Assembly (NCBI GenBank): GCA_018826075.1
Contig: JAHKAJ010000014.1
Location: 20,066 to 84,065, forward strand
DNA: 64,000 nt
Direction of reading: 5' to 3'
Source of the DNA: Candidatus Omnitrophota bacterium
GTDB taxonomy: Bacteria > Omnitrophota > Gorgyraeia > Duberdicusellales > 4484-171
Shown here: positions 50,240-60,035 of the stretch, piece after piece
Position numbering within the stretch: position 1 is the first letter of the stretch
Layout of the letters: each line of letters begins with the position of its first letter
Program-made: the position numbers and the translations under genes
The notes under the pieces: model-generated
The model's database searches: none
What the model saw: the letters and a program-made list of their open reading frames with translations, nothing else
Told to the model about the DNA's origin: nothing

Positions 50240-51769
50240 ATGGAACGTGAATATTTAAGCCCCAGCCAAGCTGCTAAAATCTTAGGTATCTCCCGTCAAG
50301 CAATCATTGAACGGATTAAACACGGGACCCTCTACGCTGAAAAAGTAGGCAGCCGCTATATTATACCTAAAGCTGAGGTTGCTGCCGGAGAAGCCGCACT
50401 GCAAGAAAAAGATCTGAGCAAACCCGGAGCTTTAAAAACCAGCGGCCGAAAAAAGACTTCTAAGGAAATCTTAGACCTTGTACACAAACACAGCATCAGG
50501 ACAATACAGCTCTGGTTTGTTGATATCCTGGGAATTTTAAAATGCGTATCGATAACCGAAGGCGAACTAAAGGCTGCCCTGGAACACGGCAAAGGATTCG
50601 ACGGTTCATCAGTAACCGGCTTTGCCGAAGCTGAAGAAAGCGATATTCTTGCCTTCCCTGACCCGAATACCTTTAAAATACTGCCTTGGACTAAAGATGA
50701 ACCGATTGCCCGGCTATTCTGCGATATCCTTAACCCGGACCTGTCGCCTTACCCCGGAGACCCCCGCTATGTATTAAAACGGGCCCTCCAACGGGCGACT
50801 AAATTAGGCCTTAATTTTTATGTCGGCCCGGAAATAGAATATTTTTATTTTAAATCTGATCGTAAACCAGAGTTGATTGACGAAGGCTCATATTTTGAAT
50901 TAATACCTAACGATTTAGCCAACACTTTAAGAAATAAAACCATCCGGGCTTTAGAAGAAATGGGCATTGTCATGGAGGCCAGTCATCATGAAGTAGCGCC
51001 TTCACAACATGAAATTGACCCTCAATACAACAACGCCTTGGTTATGGCCGACAATGTAGTGACTTCTAAATTCGTAATTAAAGAAATTGCTCAACAAAAC
51101 GGAGTCCATGCCACTTTTATGCCTAAACCGCTGTTTGGACAAAATGGCTCAGGGATGCATGTCCATCAATCGCTATTCAAGGGCGAACGCAACGCCTTTT
51201 ATGACAAAAAGGATAAACACCACTTATCCTCTATTGCCAAAGGCTTTATTGCCGGCCAGCTCAAACATGCCCGGGAAATCTGTTCGTTAACCGCTCAATG
51301 GGTAAACTCTTACAAACGCCTGGTTTCCGGCTATGAAGCTCCGGTCTATGCTTCCTGGGCTCAAAAAAACCGCACTACTCTTCTGCGGGTTCCTTTGTAC
51401 CGGCCGGGAAATGAAAAAGCCACCCGGGTGGAACTGCGCTGCCCTGACCCGGCTTGCAACCCTTATCTGGCTTTTGCGGTAATGCTGGCAGCCGGCCTGG
51501 AAGGAGTTGAAAAAAATTATGAACTGCCCGTACCGGTTGAACCTAATATTTACCACATGGCTATGGAAGAAAGGGAAAAACGCGGGCTGATTTCACTTCC
51601 GGGAAACCTTTTTGAAGCAATTTTAGAAACCGAAAAAAGTGAGTTCGTTAAAAAAACTCTTGGCGAGCATATCTTCAGCCGGTTCTTGTTTAATAAAAAG
51701 AAAGAATGGGAGGATTATCGTATCCAAATTACCGAATATGAAATCAAAAAATATCTTCCCCTGCTTTAG
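50240..51769 (+). CDS. glnA: Glutamine synthetase type I with an N-terminal excisionase-type helix-turn-helix domain (HTH-GS fusion)
   Basis: Residues about 5-50 LSPSQAAKILGISRQAIIERIKHGTLYAEKVGSRYII (HTH_17-like). GS motifs FDGSSV, KPLFGQNGSGMHVHQSL, NPYLAF. 509 aa. Confidence 0.8.
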   Translation: MEREYLSPSQAAKILGISRQAIIERIKHGTLYAEKVGSRYIIPKAEVAAGEAALQEKDLSKPGALKTSGRKKTSKEILDLVHKHSIRTIQLWFVDILGILKCVSITEGELKAALEHGKGFDGSSVTGFAEAEESDILAFPDPNTFKILPWTKDEPIARLFCDILNPDLSPYPGDPRYVLKRALQRATKLGLNFYVGPEIEYFYFKSDRKPELIDEGSYFELIPNDLANTLRNKTIRALEEMGIVMEASHHEVAPSQHEIDPQYNNALVMADNVVTSKFVIKEIAQQNGVHATFMPKPLFGQNGSGMHVHQSLFKGERNAFYDKKDKHHLSSIAKGFIAGQLKHAREICSLTAQWVNSYKRLVSGYEAPVYASWAQKNRTTLLRVPLYRPGNEKATRVELRCPDPACNPYLAFAVMLAAGLEGVEKNYELPVPVEPNIYHMAMEEREKRGLISLPGNLFEAILETEKSEFVKKTLGEHIFSRFLFNKKKEWEDYRIQITEYEIKKYLPLL

Positions 51770-51773
51770 GTTA

Positions 51774-52256
51774 TCACTTTCCCAAACGTAATTGGAAATT
51801 CACTGTTCCATCAGACAGGACTACCCGGTCAGAAAGAATCTCAATAACTACATTGTCGCCGACCCGGTCACCGAGGCCGACTATTTTCCCGTTGATCACT
51901 GCTTTAGGGCTATCCTTAGACCAAATAATACCCTGAAGTGATGAACCGCTATTAGAAATATCCTTGACTATCATCTCATGTTGATTAAACGGATCACGAG
52001 TTAACTCAAAACCCTTGGTTTCTTCTTCCAACTTGCGGTACAGACCTTCAGTAGGTTGATTCTGCTCTGACGAAGGATACAAAACATCGTAAGGGATGTT
52101 GGCACCTTCAGTCCTGGTTAAGACTGATGAATGCAGGGTTTTCTCCCGGCGGGCCTTGATCTTGCTGACAGTTTTTTGAGCATTAGCTAATGCCAAAATT
52201 AAAATAATCGTTAAACCTACAGTAATCGCTAATTTAAGCTTATTTTTTTTATCCAT
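51774..52256 (-). CDS. Pilus assembly protein, PilP-like (TM-anchored, no lipobox)
   Basis: 160 aa, N-terminal TM, beta-rich C-terminus. Sits where pilP would follow pilO. Confidence 0.3.
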   Translation of the reverse strand: MDKKNKLKLAITVGLTIILILALANAQKTVSKIKARREKTLHSSVLTRTEGANIPYDVLYPSSEQNQPTEGLYRKLEEETKGFELTRDPFNQHEMIVKDISNSGSSLQGIIWSKDSPKAVINGKIVGLGDRVGDNVVIEILSDRVVLSDGTVNFQLRLGK

Positions 52257-52261
52257 TTTTT

Positions 52262-52843
52262 TTATGATAAAAGATAAAAACTTATTCCCAGACGGACTTT
52301 TAAATCCCGGTTGCTGCCGGAGTTGTTTTTATTTACCTCTAAATTATCGACTATCACCAAAGCTGAAAGCTCTTGCTTTAGAAGCTCGATATATTTAACC
52401 AAATCCTTATAGGAACAATCGAGGCTAATTGCAACCGTAATCCTCTGACAGGCTTTATTATCAACAGTCAGATTTTTCTGATTTTTATCCACCAGATTTT
52501 TTTTAGGCCCGGGATTGATCGAGACTAAGTTTACCTTCGCCTTGCGGGCAAGATCGGAAATCATCCTCAAAGGCTCCTCTTCTTTAACCGGAAACTTGCC
52601 TTCAAGAAAATCGAATCTTTCCTTAAGCATTCTGATGCTCTCTTCCAGGGGCTGGCCTTGATCCACCATCATCTGGATATCCTGAATTTCCTTTTGCTTA
52701 GCCTGGAGTGTGCTTTTAAGCTGAGACATTTCCTTTTTGCCAGGTATATAGACAAAAAATAAGAATATCACAAAAACCAGTATCGCCAAGCTGGCGGCAA
52801 TGATTATTTTTTTTTGAGTTTTAGTTATCGAATTTATACTCAT
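52262..52843 (-). CDS. pilO: Type IV pilus assembly protein PilO
   Basis: 193 aa. N-terminal TM, coiled coil (LKSTLQAKQKEIQDIQ), PilO-like periplasmic domain. Confidence 0.6.
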   Translation of the reverse strand: MSINSITKTQKKIIIAASLAILVFVIFLFFVYIPGKKEMSQLKSTLQAKQKEIQDIQMMVDQGQPLEESIRMLKERFDFLEGKFPVKEEEPLRMISDLARKAKVNLVSINPGPKKNLVDKNQKNLTVDNKACQRITVAISLDCSYKDLVKYIELLKQELSALVIVDNLEVNKNNSGSNRDLKVRLGISFYLLS

Positions 52844-52861
52844 TTTGACTCTTTTTAAATC

Positions 52862-54490
52862 CTAACCGGAAATATCGCAACGGATTTCAAAACTCTGGTT
52901 AAGGCCTTCTTTTTTTGATGAAGTTAAAGCTGCTTCAGTAAAAAAATCCGAGGCCTCAAGCTTTTTCATAAATTGAGTTAAAACTGTTTCGGCCACTGCT
53001 CCACTGGCTTGAATCTGGCCCTTTAAAACCAAAGTTGCCGCGTCCTGTTTTAAAGCTAGGCTTTCTAGAGTAATTTCATTGGGTACCAGGTTGCTCAAAA
53101 CTATCAGTAATTTATCCACCGGGACTTTACCCTTCTGGAGTTTGATTATTAAACCATCCCTGGCTAGAATGTTCTGCCGCAAAACCCTGATTTCACTGAT
53201 AGTCTCCAGGTGTTTCTGGGCATTGGCAATCCTTGATTTGTAATCATTAATCTTAAGCCTGACCATAAAAAAAGAAAATAAAAATATTGCGACTATGGCT
53301 ACCGCTGAAACTCTTAAGGAAATTTTCTGGATCAACTCTGATTTTTGAGCTTTAATTTCCTGAGGCAGCAAATTAATCGCCGCCGAATCAGCTAAAGCTG
53401 CCCCTATAGCGCTTAAAAGCTGCGGGTAGTTAGAACCTAAATCTTTAAAACTGGCTGATTCTGGGCCAAAATCCGGTAAAACTAAAGGTGACACCTCAAA
53501 AGATAACTCCTTGGCCAAAAAACTATCCAAATTTTTTAAATTACTGCCGCCGCCGACAAGACAAAGCCGCGTGATCAAAGGCTGGTTAAACTCCGAAGAA
53601 AAGTAATCAGAGGTGCGTTTTAATTCTTTGACTAAAAGTTCAAGATGCGGCCGCAATAAAGAAATCATCTGGATAGCTGTGATTTTCTCACCCAAATCCT
53701 GGCTCTGATCTTGAGGAATACCAAAGGCTTGTTTTATGTTTTCGGCTTCCTGGTAACTAAGTTGAGTTTTGCCTTTATCGGAAACTAGGGTTCCGGTCAA
53801 ATCCTGAGTAAGCTTCTGGGAAGAAAACGGTAGTTTGCGTATGAATTTCAGCCGGCCCTGAATATAAATATATAAAGTAGTTTGATCGTAGCTTAGGTCA
53901 AGCACTACCTGGGTTCCTGAGTCCGGAAAATATTTTTTTAGAATATTGCCGTAATTAAGCGGGGCCAAAGAAATCTTCGAAGGCTTAAGATTGAGTTCCT
54001 TTACCAAGCCGATATATTCATTCAGGGCTTTCTCCTCGACCAAGGCAAAAACTATCTCATTTTTTTTAGTTCCTTCCTGATCGCTGTATTCACGGACCAA
54101 TTCCCAGCCGATAACTGCCTTTTCTAAATCAAAGGCAAGGTCTTCTTTAAGCTGCCATTTAGCTGCACCAATAACTTCCTGCCTGGGTAAAACCGGAAGC
54201 TGGAGGTGTTTTATAGCCGCAGAATCAAAATCAGGGATGGTCAGATAAAATTCGGGATTTTCAGAAGAATTCTTTTCTAAAAAAGACCGGATTAAAGCGG
54301 TTAATTCTTCTGGTTTGCCGCCGCCGGCCAGGGATAATTTTTCCACCCGCCAGTCAAGAAGGTTAATTCCTTTTTTGTGTAGCTGTAAATAGGCCAACTT
54401 ACAAAAAGCCCGGCCGAACTCAATAGATAAAATATGTTTTGGCCTCTTCTTTGAAAAAGTAAGGTATTTCTCAAGGGCAAAATCAATCAT
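52862..54490 (-). CDS. pilM: Fused PilM-PilN pilus assembly protein
   Basis: N-terminal actin-like ATPase fold (about 350 aa). Then the conserved PilN INLLP motif, a TM helix and a periplasmic domain. Confidence 0.7.
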   Translation of the reverse strand: MIDFALEKYLTFSKKRPKHILSIEFGRAFCKLAYLQLHKKGINLLDWRVEKLSLAGGGKPEELTALIRSFLEKNSSENPEFYLTIPDFDSAAIKHLQLPVLPRQEVIGAAKWQLKEDLAFDLEKAVIGWELVREYSDQEGTKKNEIVFALVEEKALNEYIGLVKELNLKPSKISLAPLNYGNILKKYFPDSGTQVVLDLSYDQTTLYIYIQGRLKFIRKLPFSSQKLTQDLTGTLVSDKGKTQLSYQEAENIKQAFGIPQDQSQDLGEKITAIQMISLLRPHLELLVKELKRTSDYFSSEFNQPLITRLCLVGGGSNLKNLDSFLAKELSFEVSPLVLPDFGPESASFKDLGSNYPQLLSAIGAALADSAAINLLPQEIKAQKSELIQKISLRVSAVAIVAIFLFSFFMVRLKINDYKSRIANAQKHLETISEIRVLRQNILARDGLIIKLQKGKVPVDKLLIVLSNLVPNEITLESLALKQDAATLVLKGQIQASGAVAETVLTQFMKKLEASDFFTEAALTSSKKEGLNQSFEIRCDISG

Positions 54491-54533
54491 ACCCTTAAAT
54501 TATAAGTCTTTTCCGAAGCGGTTACAAGTATTT

Positions 54534-55130
54534 TTAAAAACTTTTGATTTCAGCGCTGGAAGTAAGGTTAGTGGAACCCTGCCAATCATCAAAATTTCCG
54601 GTCGCGGTTTGGACATTGAAGTTGATGATTACCCGGCGGATATCAACCAAAGCATCAACCCCGGAAATCCAATCAGCGTCTAGAGCCTTCTTGTAGATGA
54701 AGATAGCTCCTGGAGTATCTTTTCCATCAATGGTAGTCAAGGCTGAAATATAATAAGGGACAGCTCCTTCAGCTGACCAGCTGGTTCCTTGATCACTGCT
54801 GGTTGAACGATAAATATGGCCGTCGCCACTATCCCAACGAAACCTCGCTGAAAGTGCAGCTGCCGGATAACCATAACTATAGGAAAACTGAACAGCTGAG
54901 GCATCGATTATGTTACGAGTATATCTTAGACCCCGGGCGTCGGGATTACCTTCGATGATTATACTGTTGAGTTCATCAGCAATCTTCTGGGTATCCAACT
55001 GCCGCGGGCTATAAACAAACAACTGAATAAAAAAAATCACGGCACCGGCTACAGCCGCCGCCACAATCGAAATTATCAACATCGTCATGATTAGCTCAAT
55101 TAAGGTTGCAGCTTTTTTTGTTTTTACCAT
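54534..55130 (-). CDS. Minor pilin / pseudopilin (prepilin-type N-terminus)
   Basis: KKAATLIELIMTMLIISIVAAAVAG. Confidence 0.6.
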   Translation of the reverse strand: MVKTKKAATLIELIMTMLIISIVAAAVAGAVIFFIQLFVYSPRQLDTQKIADELNSIIIEGNPDARGLRYTRNIIDASAVQFSYSYGYPAAALSARFRWDSGDGHIYRSTSSDQGTSWSAEGAVPYYISALTTIDGKDTPGAIFIYKKALDADWISGVDALVDIRRVIINFNVQTATGNFDDWQGSTNLTSSAEIKSF

Positions 55131-55888
55131 GAATAGCTTGAAGTCTCGGTTAGGTCACTCATTATAAAAACTAAACTACTGACTGCGCTTAAGCTTTTAC
55201 TGAAAGTAAACAAACCGGTATTAGCATAAGTTGTTCCGGCCGAAAGAGTAAAGTTTGTCTCTAAAGTTATGGTCGATCCGGAATTTCCAGTACCGCTCCA
55301 TCTCTGACTTGCGCCCATGGTGATAGTCTTAGCCTTTATGCCACTTGTGCCAGTAAAGCTGATGATTACACCGGTAATGGTTATATCGCTGGCACCGGTA
55401 TTTCCCAAGGTAACATTCTGTAAATTCGTACCGGCAATGCTTCCACCAGACACTGCTAATGAATCTGCTTGGCCTCCGCTGCCAACGCTTCCGCCACCGC
55501 TACCTGAACCAAATGAAACATTAGCCAAATAAGTAGTTAGCTTTACTAATTGGCTAGCACTACCACCTTCATAAACCGTAACCGTGACTTGTTTTAAGGT
55601 GCTGTTTGAACCAGCAACATAGGCAACTTCACGCCTTAAATCCTGGCTGTAACCTTCGTAACTTGATGTATTACTATCATAGCCATCAGCTAAGGTAGCA
55701 TTGTTGTAAGCTAAATTGTTAACTTTGGACATTTCCAGTTTAGCTAAGCCAGCGGCAACTGTTAATTGACGGGAATAAGCTATACTTTTTATGTATTCCA
55801 TAGTTATCAGCCCGACCGGAATCATCACTATGACTGCAATCACTATGGCAATAATCGACTCGATAAGGGTAAAACTGTTTTTATTCAT
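55124..55888 (-). CDS. Minor pilin (prepilin-type N-terminus), Gly/Ser-rich
   Basis: NKNSFTLIESIIAIVIAVIV. GSGSGGGSVGSGG linker. Confidence 0.6.
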   Translation of the reverse strand: MNKNSFTLIESIIAIVIAVIVMIPVGLITMEYIKSIAYSRQLTVAAGLAKLEMSKVNNLAYNNATLADGYDSNTSSYEGYSQDLRREVAYVAGSNSTLKQVTVTVYEGGSASQLVKLTTYLANVSFGSGSGGGSVGSGGQADSLAVSGGSIAGTNLQNVTLGNTGASDITITGVIISFTGTSGIKAKTITMGASQRWSGTGNSGSTITLETNFTLSAGTTYANTGLFTFSKSLSAVSSLVFIMSDLTETSSYSW

Positions 55889-56664
55889 GGCATTAGGTGT
55901 TCCTGAGACTCTTCCCAGGAAATAATCTCACTTGTCCCCACATCGTAAGCAGCTTTAAGGGTACGCCGATAAGTATCCGGCGCTACTACTTTACCGGTTG
56001 AGGTGATCATCATCGCGTTAGCGCTGCCTAGGCCGGCATCCAATAACATAATCTCAACCGTACTGCCATCACTAAAAGTAACTACTACTGAAATGGTCTT
56101 TGAGCTGATACTGCTGCCCACGCTCCAGTCCAACCAGACATCATTCTCGGTTGTACCGGCCGGTATTGTATAATCAATCATGTCTATATTGGTTCCGCTG
56201 GGAGCAGTTCCGCTCCACTCAGAAGTAGCCCGGCCTAAATCTATATTAATTAAGTTTTCTCCATTGTTAGGGGTCCAACTTACCTGCATGTGAGTTATAG
56301 TAAGGTCAGTTGCACCCACATTAGTCATACTAATATTTTTAATTTTACGGTCAGCGACTATGCTAGGGGAACTACAATCAGCAATAAAAAACATACCTGA
56401 ACCGCCAAACGAATAATAAGTATTAGCAGCGATTTGAGTATCAGTCTGGGCAGTTACCAAGCCGTCATTTTTATAGTCTGCTACTGCGGCCATGACTCCG
56501 GCCTGGGCAGCGTATAGAGCTGTTTGCTGATTAATATTGGAGATGTTATACCTTAAAGCTTCACTGATATAGGTGGCTATTCCTAAAGCGACAATAGCCA
56601 TTAAAACCACTGCAAAGATTACAGTAATTAAAGCAAAACCTTTATTGGCGCTTTTTAATCTCAT
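55885..56664 (-). CDS. PilX/GspK-like minor pilin
   Basis: KGFALITVIFAVVLMAIVALG N-terminus. 259 aa. Confidence 0.5.
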   Translation of the reverse strand: MRLKSANKGFALITVIFAVVLMAIVALGIATYISEALRYNISNINQQTALYAAQAGVMAAVADYKNDGLVTAQTDTQIAANTYYSFGGSGMFFIADCSSPSIVADRKIKNISMTNVGATDLTITHMQVSWTPNNGENLINIDLGRATSEWSGTAPSGTNIDMIDYTIPAGTTENDVWLDWSVGSSISSKTISVVVTFSDGSTVEIMLLDAGLGSANAMMITSTGKVVAPDTYRRTLKAAYDVGTSEIISWEESQEHLMP

Positions 56665-56675
56665 ATCAATAACAA

Positions 56676-56712
56676 TAAATAGGGGGCAGAAAATACCTGC
56701 CCCCTATTTTAA
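56676..56712 (-). terminator. Intrinsic terminator immediately downstream of the major pilin gene
   Basis: On minus-strand RNA: AUAGGGGGCAG-guauuuu-CUGCCCCCUAU followed by UUAUUGUUAUUGAU. Confidence 0.6.
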
Positions 56713-56721
56713 ATCTAAAAC

Positions 56722-57102
56722 TTAGTCCTGGAGAAAAGAACCATTAGCAAAGGTGTAAGTGTAATTATTACTTGCCGGGCCAGTATAACTGGTTGAGTTT
56801 ACCTTAGTCCAATCGTCAGTCACACCACCTTGGGCCAGAACATCGTCAAAACAAGCATTGGTTTTATTGCAAACCGCACTACTTGCGCTATCTAGATTGC
56901 TGGGATAACTACAGGTTCCGCCGGCGCACTGATTAGCATAATAGGTCGCAATCCCTGAACGGACTCCGCCGACTACTCCATCTTCCGCCGCGATTTTAGC
57001 TTGCGACTGAAGATCATAGTATTTAGGTATGGCTACGGCTGCTAAAATTCCCAAAATAACAATGATCATGATCAACTCGATCAAAGTAAAACCCTTCTTC
57101 AT
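56722..57102 (-). CDS. pilA: Type IV major pilin
   Basis: MKKGFTLIELIMIIVILGILAAVAIPKY. 126 aa. C-terminal Cys pair. Own terminator downstream. Confidence 0.8.
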   Translation of the reverse strand: MKKGFTLIELIMIIVILGILAAVAIPKYYDLQSQAKIAAEDGVVGGVRSGIATYYANQCAGGTCSYPSNLDSASSAVCNKTNACFDDVLAQGGVTDDWTKVNSTSYTGPASNNYTYTFANGSFLQD

Positions 57103-57115
57103 GCATATACCCCCT

Positions 57116-58336
57116 TCATCGTTTAAAAACCGCCATTAAATTCCACATCGGCAAAAATATACCCAAAGCCATAAGCAGGACCCCCAAACCTAAAATCAGA
57201 AGCATCATCGGCTCGATCAAAGAACTGAAATTATCAATCGTATATTCTATCTGAGTATCGTAATAATCCGAAATGAATAAAAGCAACTCATCCACCTTTC
57301 CTGAATCTTCGCCTACTGAAACCATCTGGATAACTGCCGGAGTAAACAGACCACTTTTCTTCATCGGACTGGCAATTCCTTCGCCTTCATTTACCGCTTT
57401 ACGGATATTATTTATGGTATCTTCAACCACCACATTGCCCACCCCTTGGGAAGCTAACTCTAGAACCCTCAAAATCGGCACTCCCGAACGCATCAAGGTT
57501 CCGGTAGCCCGGGCAAAACGGGACATATAGACTTTGAGAAAAAGCGGCCCAAAAACCGGAATTTTCAATTTAAACTTATCCCAAAGAAATCTTCCCGGCT
57601 TAGTATTGATATACTTATATAAAAAGAATATAGCTCCACCAACTAGTATAGCAGTAGCCCACCAGTATCTAGTGACCGCATAGTTAGCCCAAATAAGTAT
57701 TTTGGTTGGAAGCGGTAAAGCCACTGCAGCCGCGCTGTAAACCTTGACGAATTTTGGAATTACAAAAACAATCAAAATGATAAATGCCACCACCATCGAA
57801 CAAACTACCATTACCGGATAGCGGGTTGCCGTTTTAATCTGCATCCTGACCTTTTCCTCATGAACCCCTAAGGCGCTTAAACGTTCCATGGCCTCGGATA
57901 AAGTCCCGCCTTCCTCGGCAGATTTAAGCATATTAACGTAAAGTGGGCTAAAAACTTTCGGATGTTTTTCTAAACTAGAAGATAAATCTCTTCCCTCCCG
58001 GACATCCTGTGATACCTTTTCTAAAGTTTCCTTAAACAGCTTGTTGTTGGTCTGCTCGCCGAGGGCTTTTAAACTGGCGATGATGGTGACTCCGGCTTTC
58101 TGTAAGGTGGCAAACTGCCGAGTAAACATATTCAGCTCATTAAGCCTGACTTTACGCAAACGAGCAGCCCAATTATCAAAAAAACTATCCTTTTTGTTCA
58201 TCTCCCGAATAGAAGTAGGCAAATATTCCATCTCTTTTAACTTCTCAGCTACCGCGTTTTCAGTCAACGCTTCCATTGAGCCGCTGACCAGCTTACCATA
58301 CTTATCACGTGCTTTATATTGATACTTGGCCATCAC
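57116..58336 (-). CDS. pilC: Type IV pilus platform protein PilC (T2SS F family)
   Basis: 406 aa. Duplicated T2SSF domains and 3 TM helices. Confidence 0.85.
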   Translation of the reverse strand: MMAKYQYKARDKYGKLVSGSMEALTENAVAEKLKEMEYLPTSIREMNKKDSFFDNWAARLRKVRLNELNMFTRQFATLQKAGVTIIASLKALGEQTNNKLFKETLEKVSQDVREGRDLSSSLEKHPKVFSPLYVNMLKSAEEGGTLSEAMERLSALGVHEEKVRMQIKTATRYPVMVVCSMVVAFIILIVFVIPKFVKVYSAAAVALPLPTKILIWANYAVTRYWWATAILVGGAIFFLYKYINTKPGRFLWDKFKLKIPVFGPLFLKVYMSRFARATGTLMRSGVPILRVLELASQGVGNVVVEDTINNIRKAVNEGEGIASPMKKSGLFTPAVIQMVSVGEDSGKVDELLLFISDYYDTQIEYTIDNFSSLIEPMMLLILGLGVLLMALGIFLPMWNLMAVFKR

Positions 58337-60007
58337 TTAAACCTTAGTAACTCTTAAGACTTCCTCAATTGTGGTTACACCTTGCGCTACTTTCTCCAGA
58401 CCATCCTCTCTTAAAGTTTTCAATAAGCCTAAAGACAAAGCTTTCTCACTTATCTGGTCGGCAGTTTTTTTCTCGTTAACCATCCTGCGTATTTCTTCAT
58501 TGATGGTGAGGAATTCAAATATACCTATTCGGCCGGAGAAACCGCTTCCTTCACAGTTTTTACAGCCTTTGCCGCGGTAAAAATCTCCTTTGGCCTTATC
58601 CCCAAGATCCTTTAACGCTGGGTCTACCGGAGTATATTTTTCTTTGCACTTATCACAGATAACTCTTACCAGCCTCTGGGCGACTATACCGATGACTGAA
58701 CTTGAGATTAAAAACGTTTCGATACCCATATCAACCAAACGGGTCAATGAAGAAACCGCATCATTAGTATGAAGGGTTGAAAAAACCAGATGCCCGGTTA
58801 AGGAAGCCCGGATAGCAATATCAGCGGTATCTTTATCCCTGATCTCACCGACCATAATAATATCCGGATCTTGACGTAAAATAGCCTTCAGGCCTTCAGC
58901 AAAAGTAACTCCGATTTTTGCATTCACCTGGGTCTGGCGGATTAAAGGCAATTCGTATTCAACCGGATCTTCAATAGTTATAATGTTTTTATCCACCGAA
59001 TTAATCGTAGTCAAAGCAGCATAAAGAGTAGTAGTTTTTCCTGACCCGGTAGGCCCGGTCACTAAGATTATCCCATTGGGCCGACGGATCAGTTCTAAAA
59101 AACTATCTAATTTTTCTTTGGATAAACCTAAGTCACTCAAACCCAAAATTACTGCTGATTTATCAAGAAGCCTCATTACTATGTTCTCACCGTGTACGGT
59201 AGGAAAGGTAGAAACTCTTATATCCAAACTGCGGTTTTCCACATTCAGGCTGATCTTTCCATCCTGGGGTCGACGACTTTCGGCTATGTCTAAATTGGAT
59301 AAAACTTTAATCCGCGACGCTATTGCCCGGCCTACCCCTTTAGGCAGGTTATAGGCTTCCCGTAAGCTTCCGTCAATACGATTGCGAACCAATAGATTCT
59401 TGGCCTCCGGCTCGATATGAATATCCGAAGCCCGCTCTTTAACCGCTTTTGAGATTATTAGATTCAATAACTTGACTACCGGTGCCTCTTCAGCCACCTC
59501 AGCCAAATCCTTATCTTCTCTACCAGTAATCTTATCGGCATCAATAAAAGAAACTATTTCATCTACAGTACCGGGGCCTCCGTAATAACTATCCAGTATT
59601 TTTTGGATGCCGGCTTCGGAAGCTACTACCGGTTCGATCGTATCTAATTTACTGATTTTTCTGGCCTCATCTAAAGCTACTATATCCTGCGGATTTAACA
59701 TAGCTACCGAGAGACTTGAACCAACCTTGAACAAAGGAACCATCTTGTGTTTTTTAGCTATTGACTCAGGGATAAGTTTAGTCAAATCGGAATCAATTAT
59801 ATAATCCCGCAAATCCATATAAGGTACACCTAAAGATTTAGCCATGGCTTTGGCAATATCTTCTTCACTGATAAACCCCAGCTTTTCCAAAGCCCGGGTC
59901 AAAGAAAGGCCAGTACGCTTGGTCTCATCCTTGGCCTTGATGAGTTGTTCGGGAGTTATCAGCTTCTCTTTAAGTAAGAGGTCGGTTATCTCTTGTTTTT
60001 TTGTCAT
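58337..60007 (-). CDS. pilB: Type IV pilus assembly ATPase PilB (GspE family)
   Basis: N-terminal T2SSE_N domain. Walker A GPTGSGKTT. Asp box, His box, tetracysteine CDKC...CKNC. Confidence 0.85.
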   Translation of the reverse strand: MTKKQEITDLLLKEKLITPEQLIKAKDETKRTGLSLTRALEKLGFISEEDIAKAMAKSLGVPYMDLRDYIIDSDLTKLIPESIAKKHKMVPLFKVGSSLSVAMLNPQDIVALDEARKISKLDTIEPVVASEAGIQKILDSYYGGPGTVDEIVSFIDADKITGREDKDLAEVAEEAPVVKLLNLIISKAVKERASDIHIEPEAKNLLVRNRIDGSLREAYNLPKGVGRAIASRIKVLSNLDIAESRRPQDGKISLNVENRSLDIRVSTFPTVHGENIVMRLLDKSAVILGLSDLGLSKEKLDSFLELIRRPNGIILVTGPTGSGKTTTLYAALTTINSVDKNIITIEDPVEYELPLIRQTQVNAKIGVTFAEGLKAILRQDPDIIMVGEIRDKDTADIAIRASLTGHLVFSTLHTNDAVSSLTRLVDMGIETFLISSSVIGIVAQRLVRVICDKCKEKYTPVDPALKDLGDKAKGDFYRGKGCKNCEGSGFSGRIGIFEFLTINEEIRRMVNEKKTADQISEKALSLGLLKTLREDGLEKVAQGVTTIEEVLRVTKV

Positions 60008-60035
60008 TAGGTCTCCTTAGAGGCTAACAGCGACT

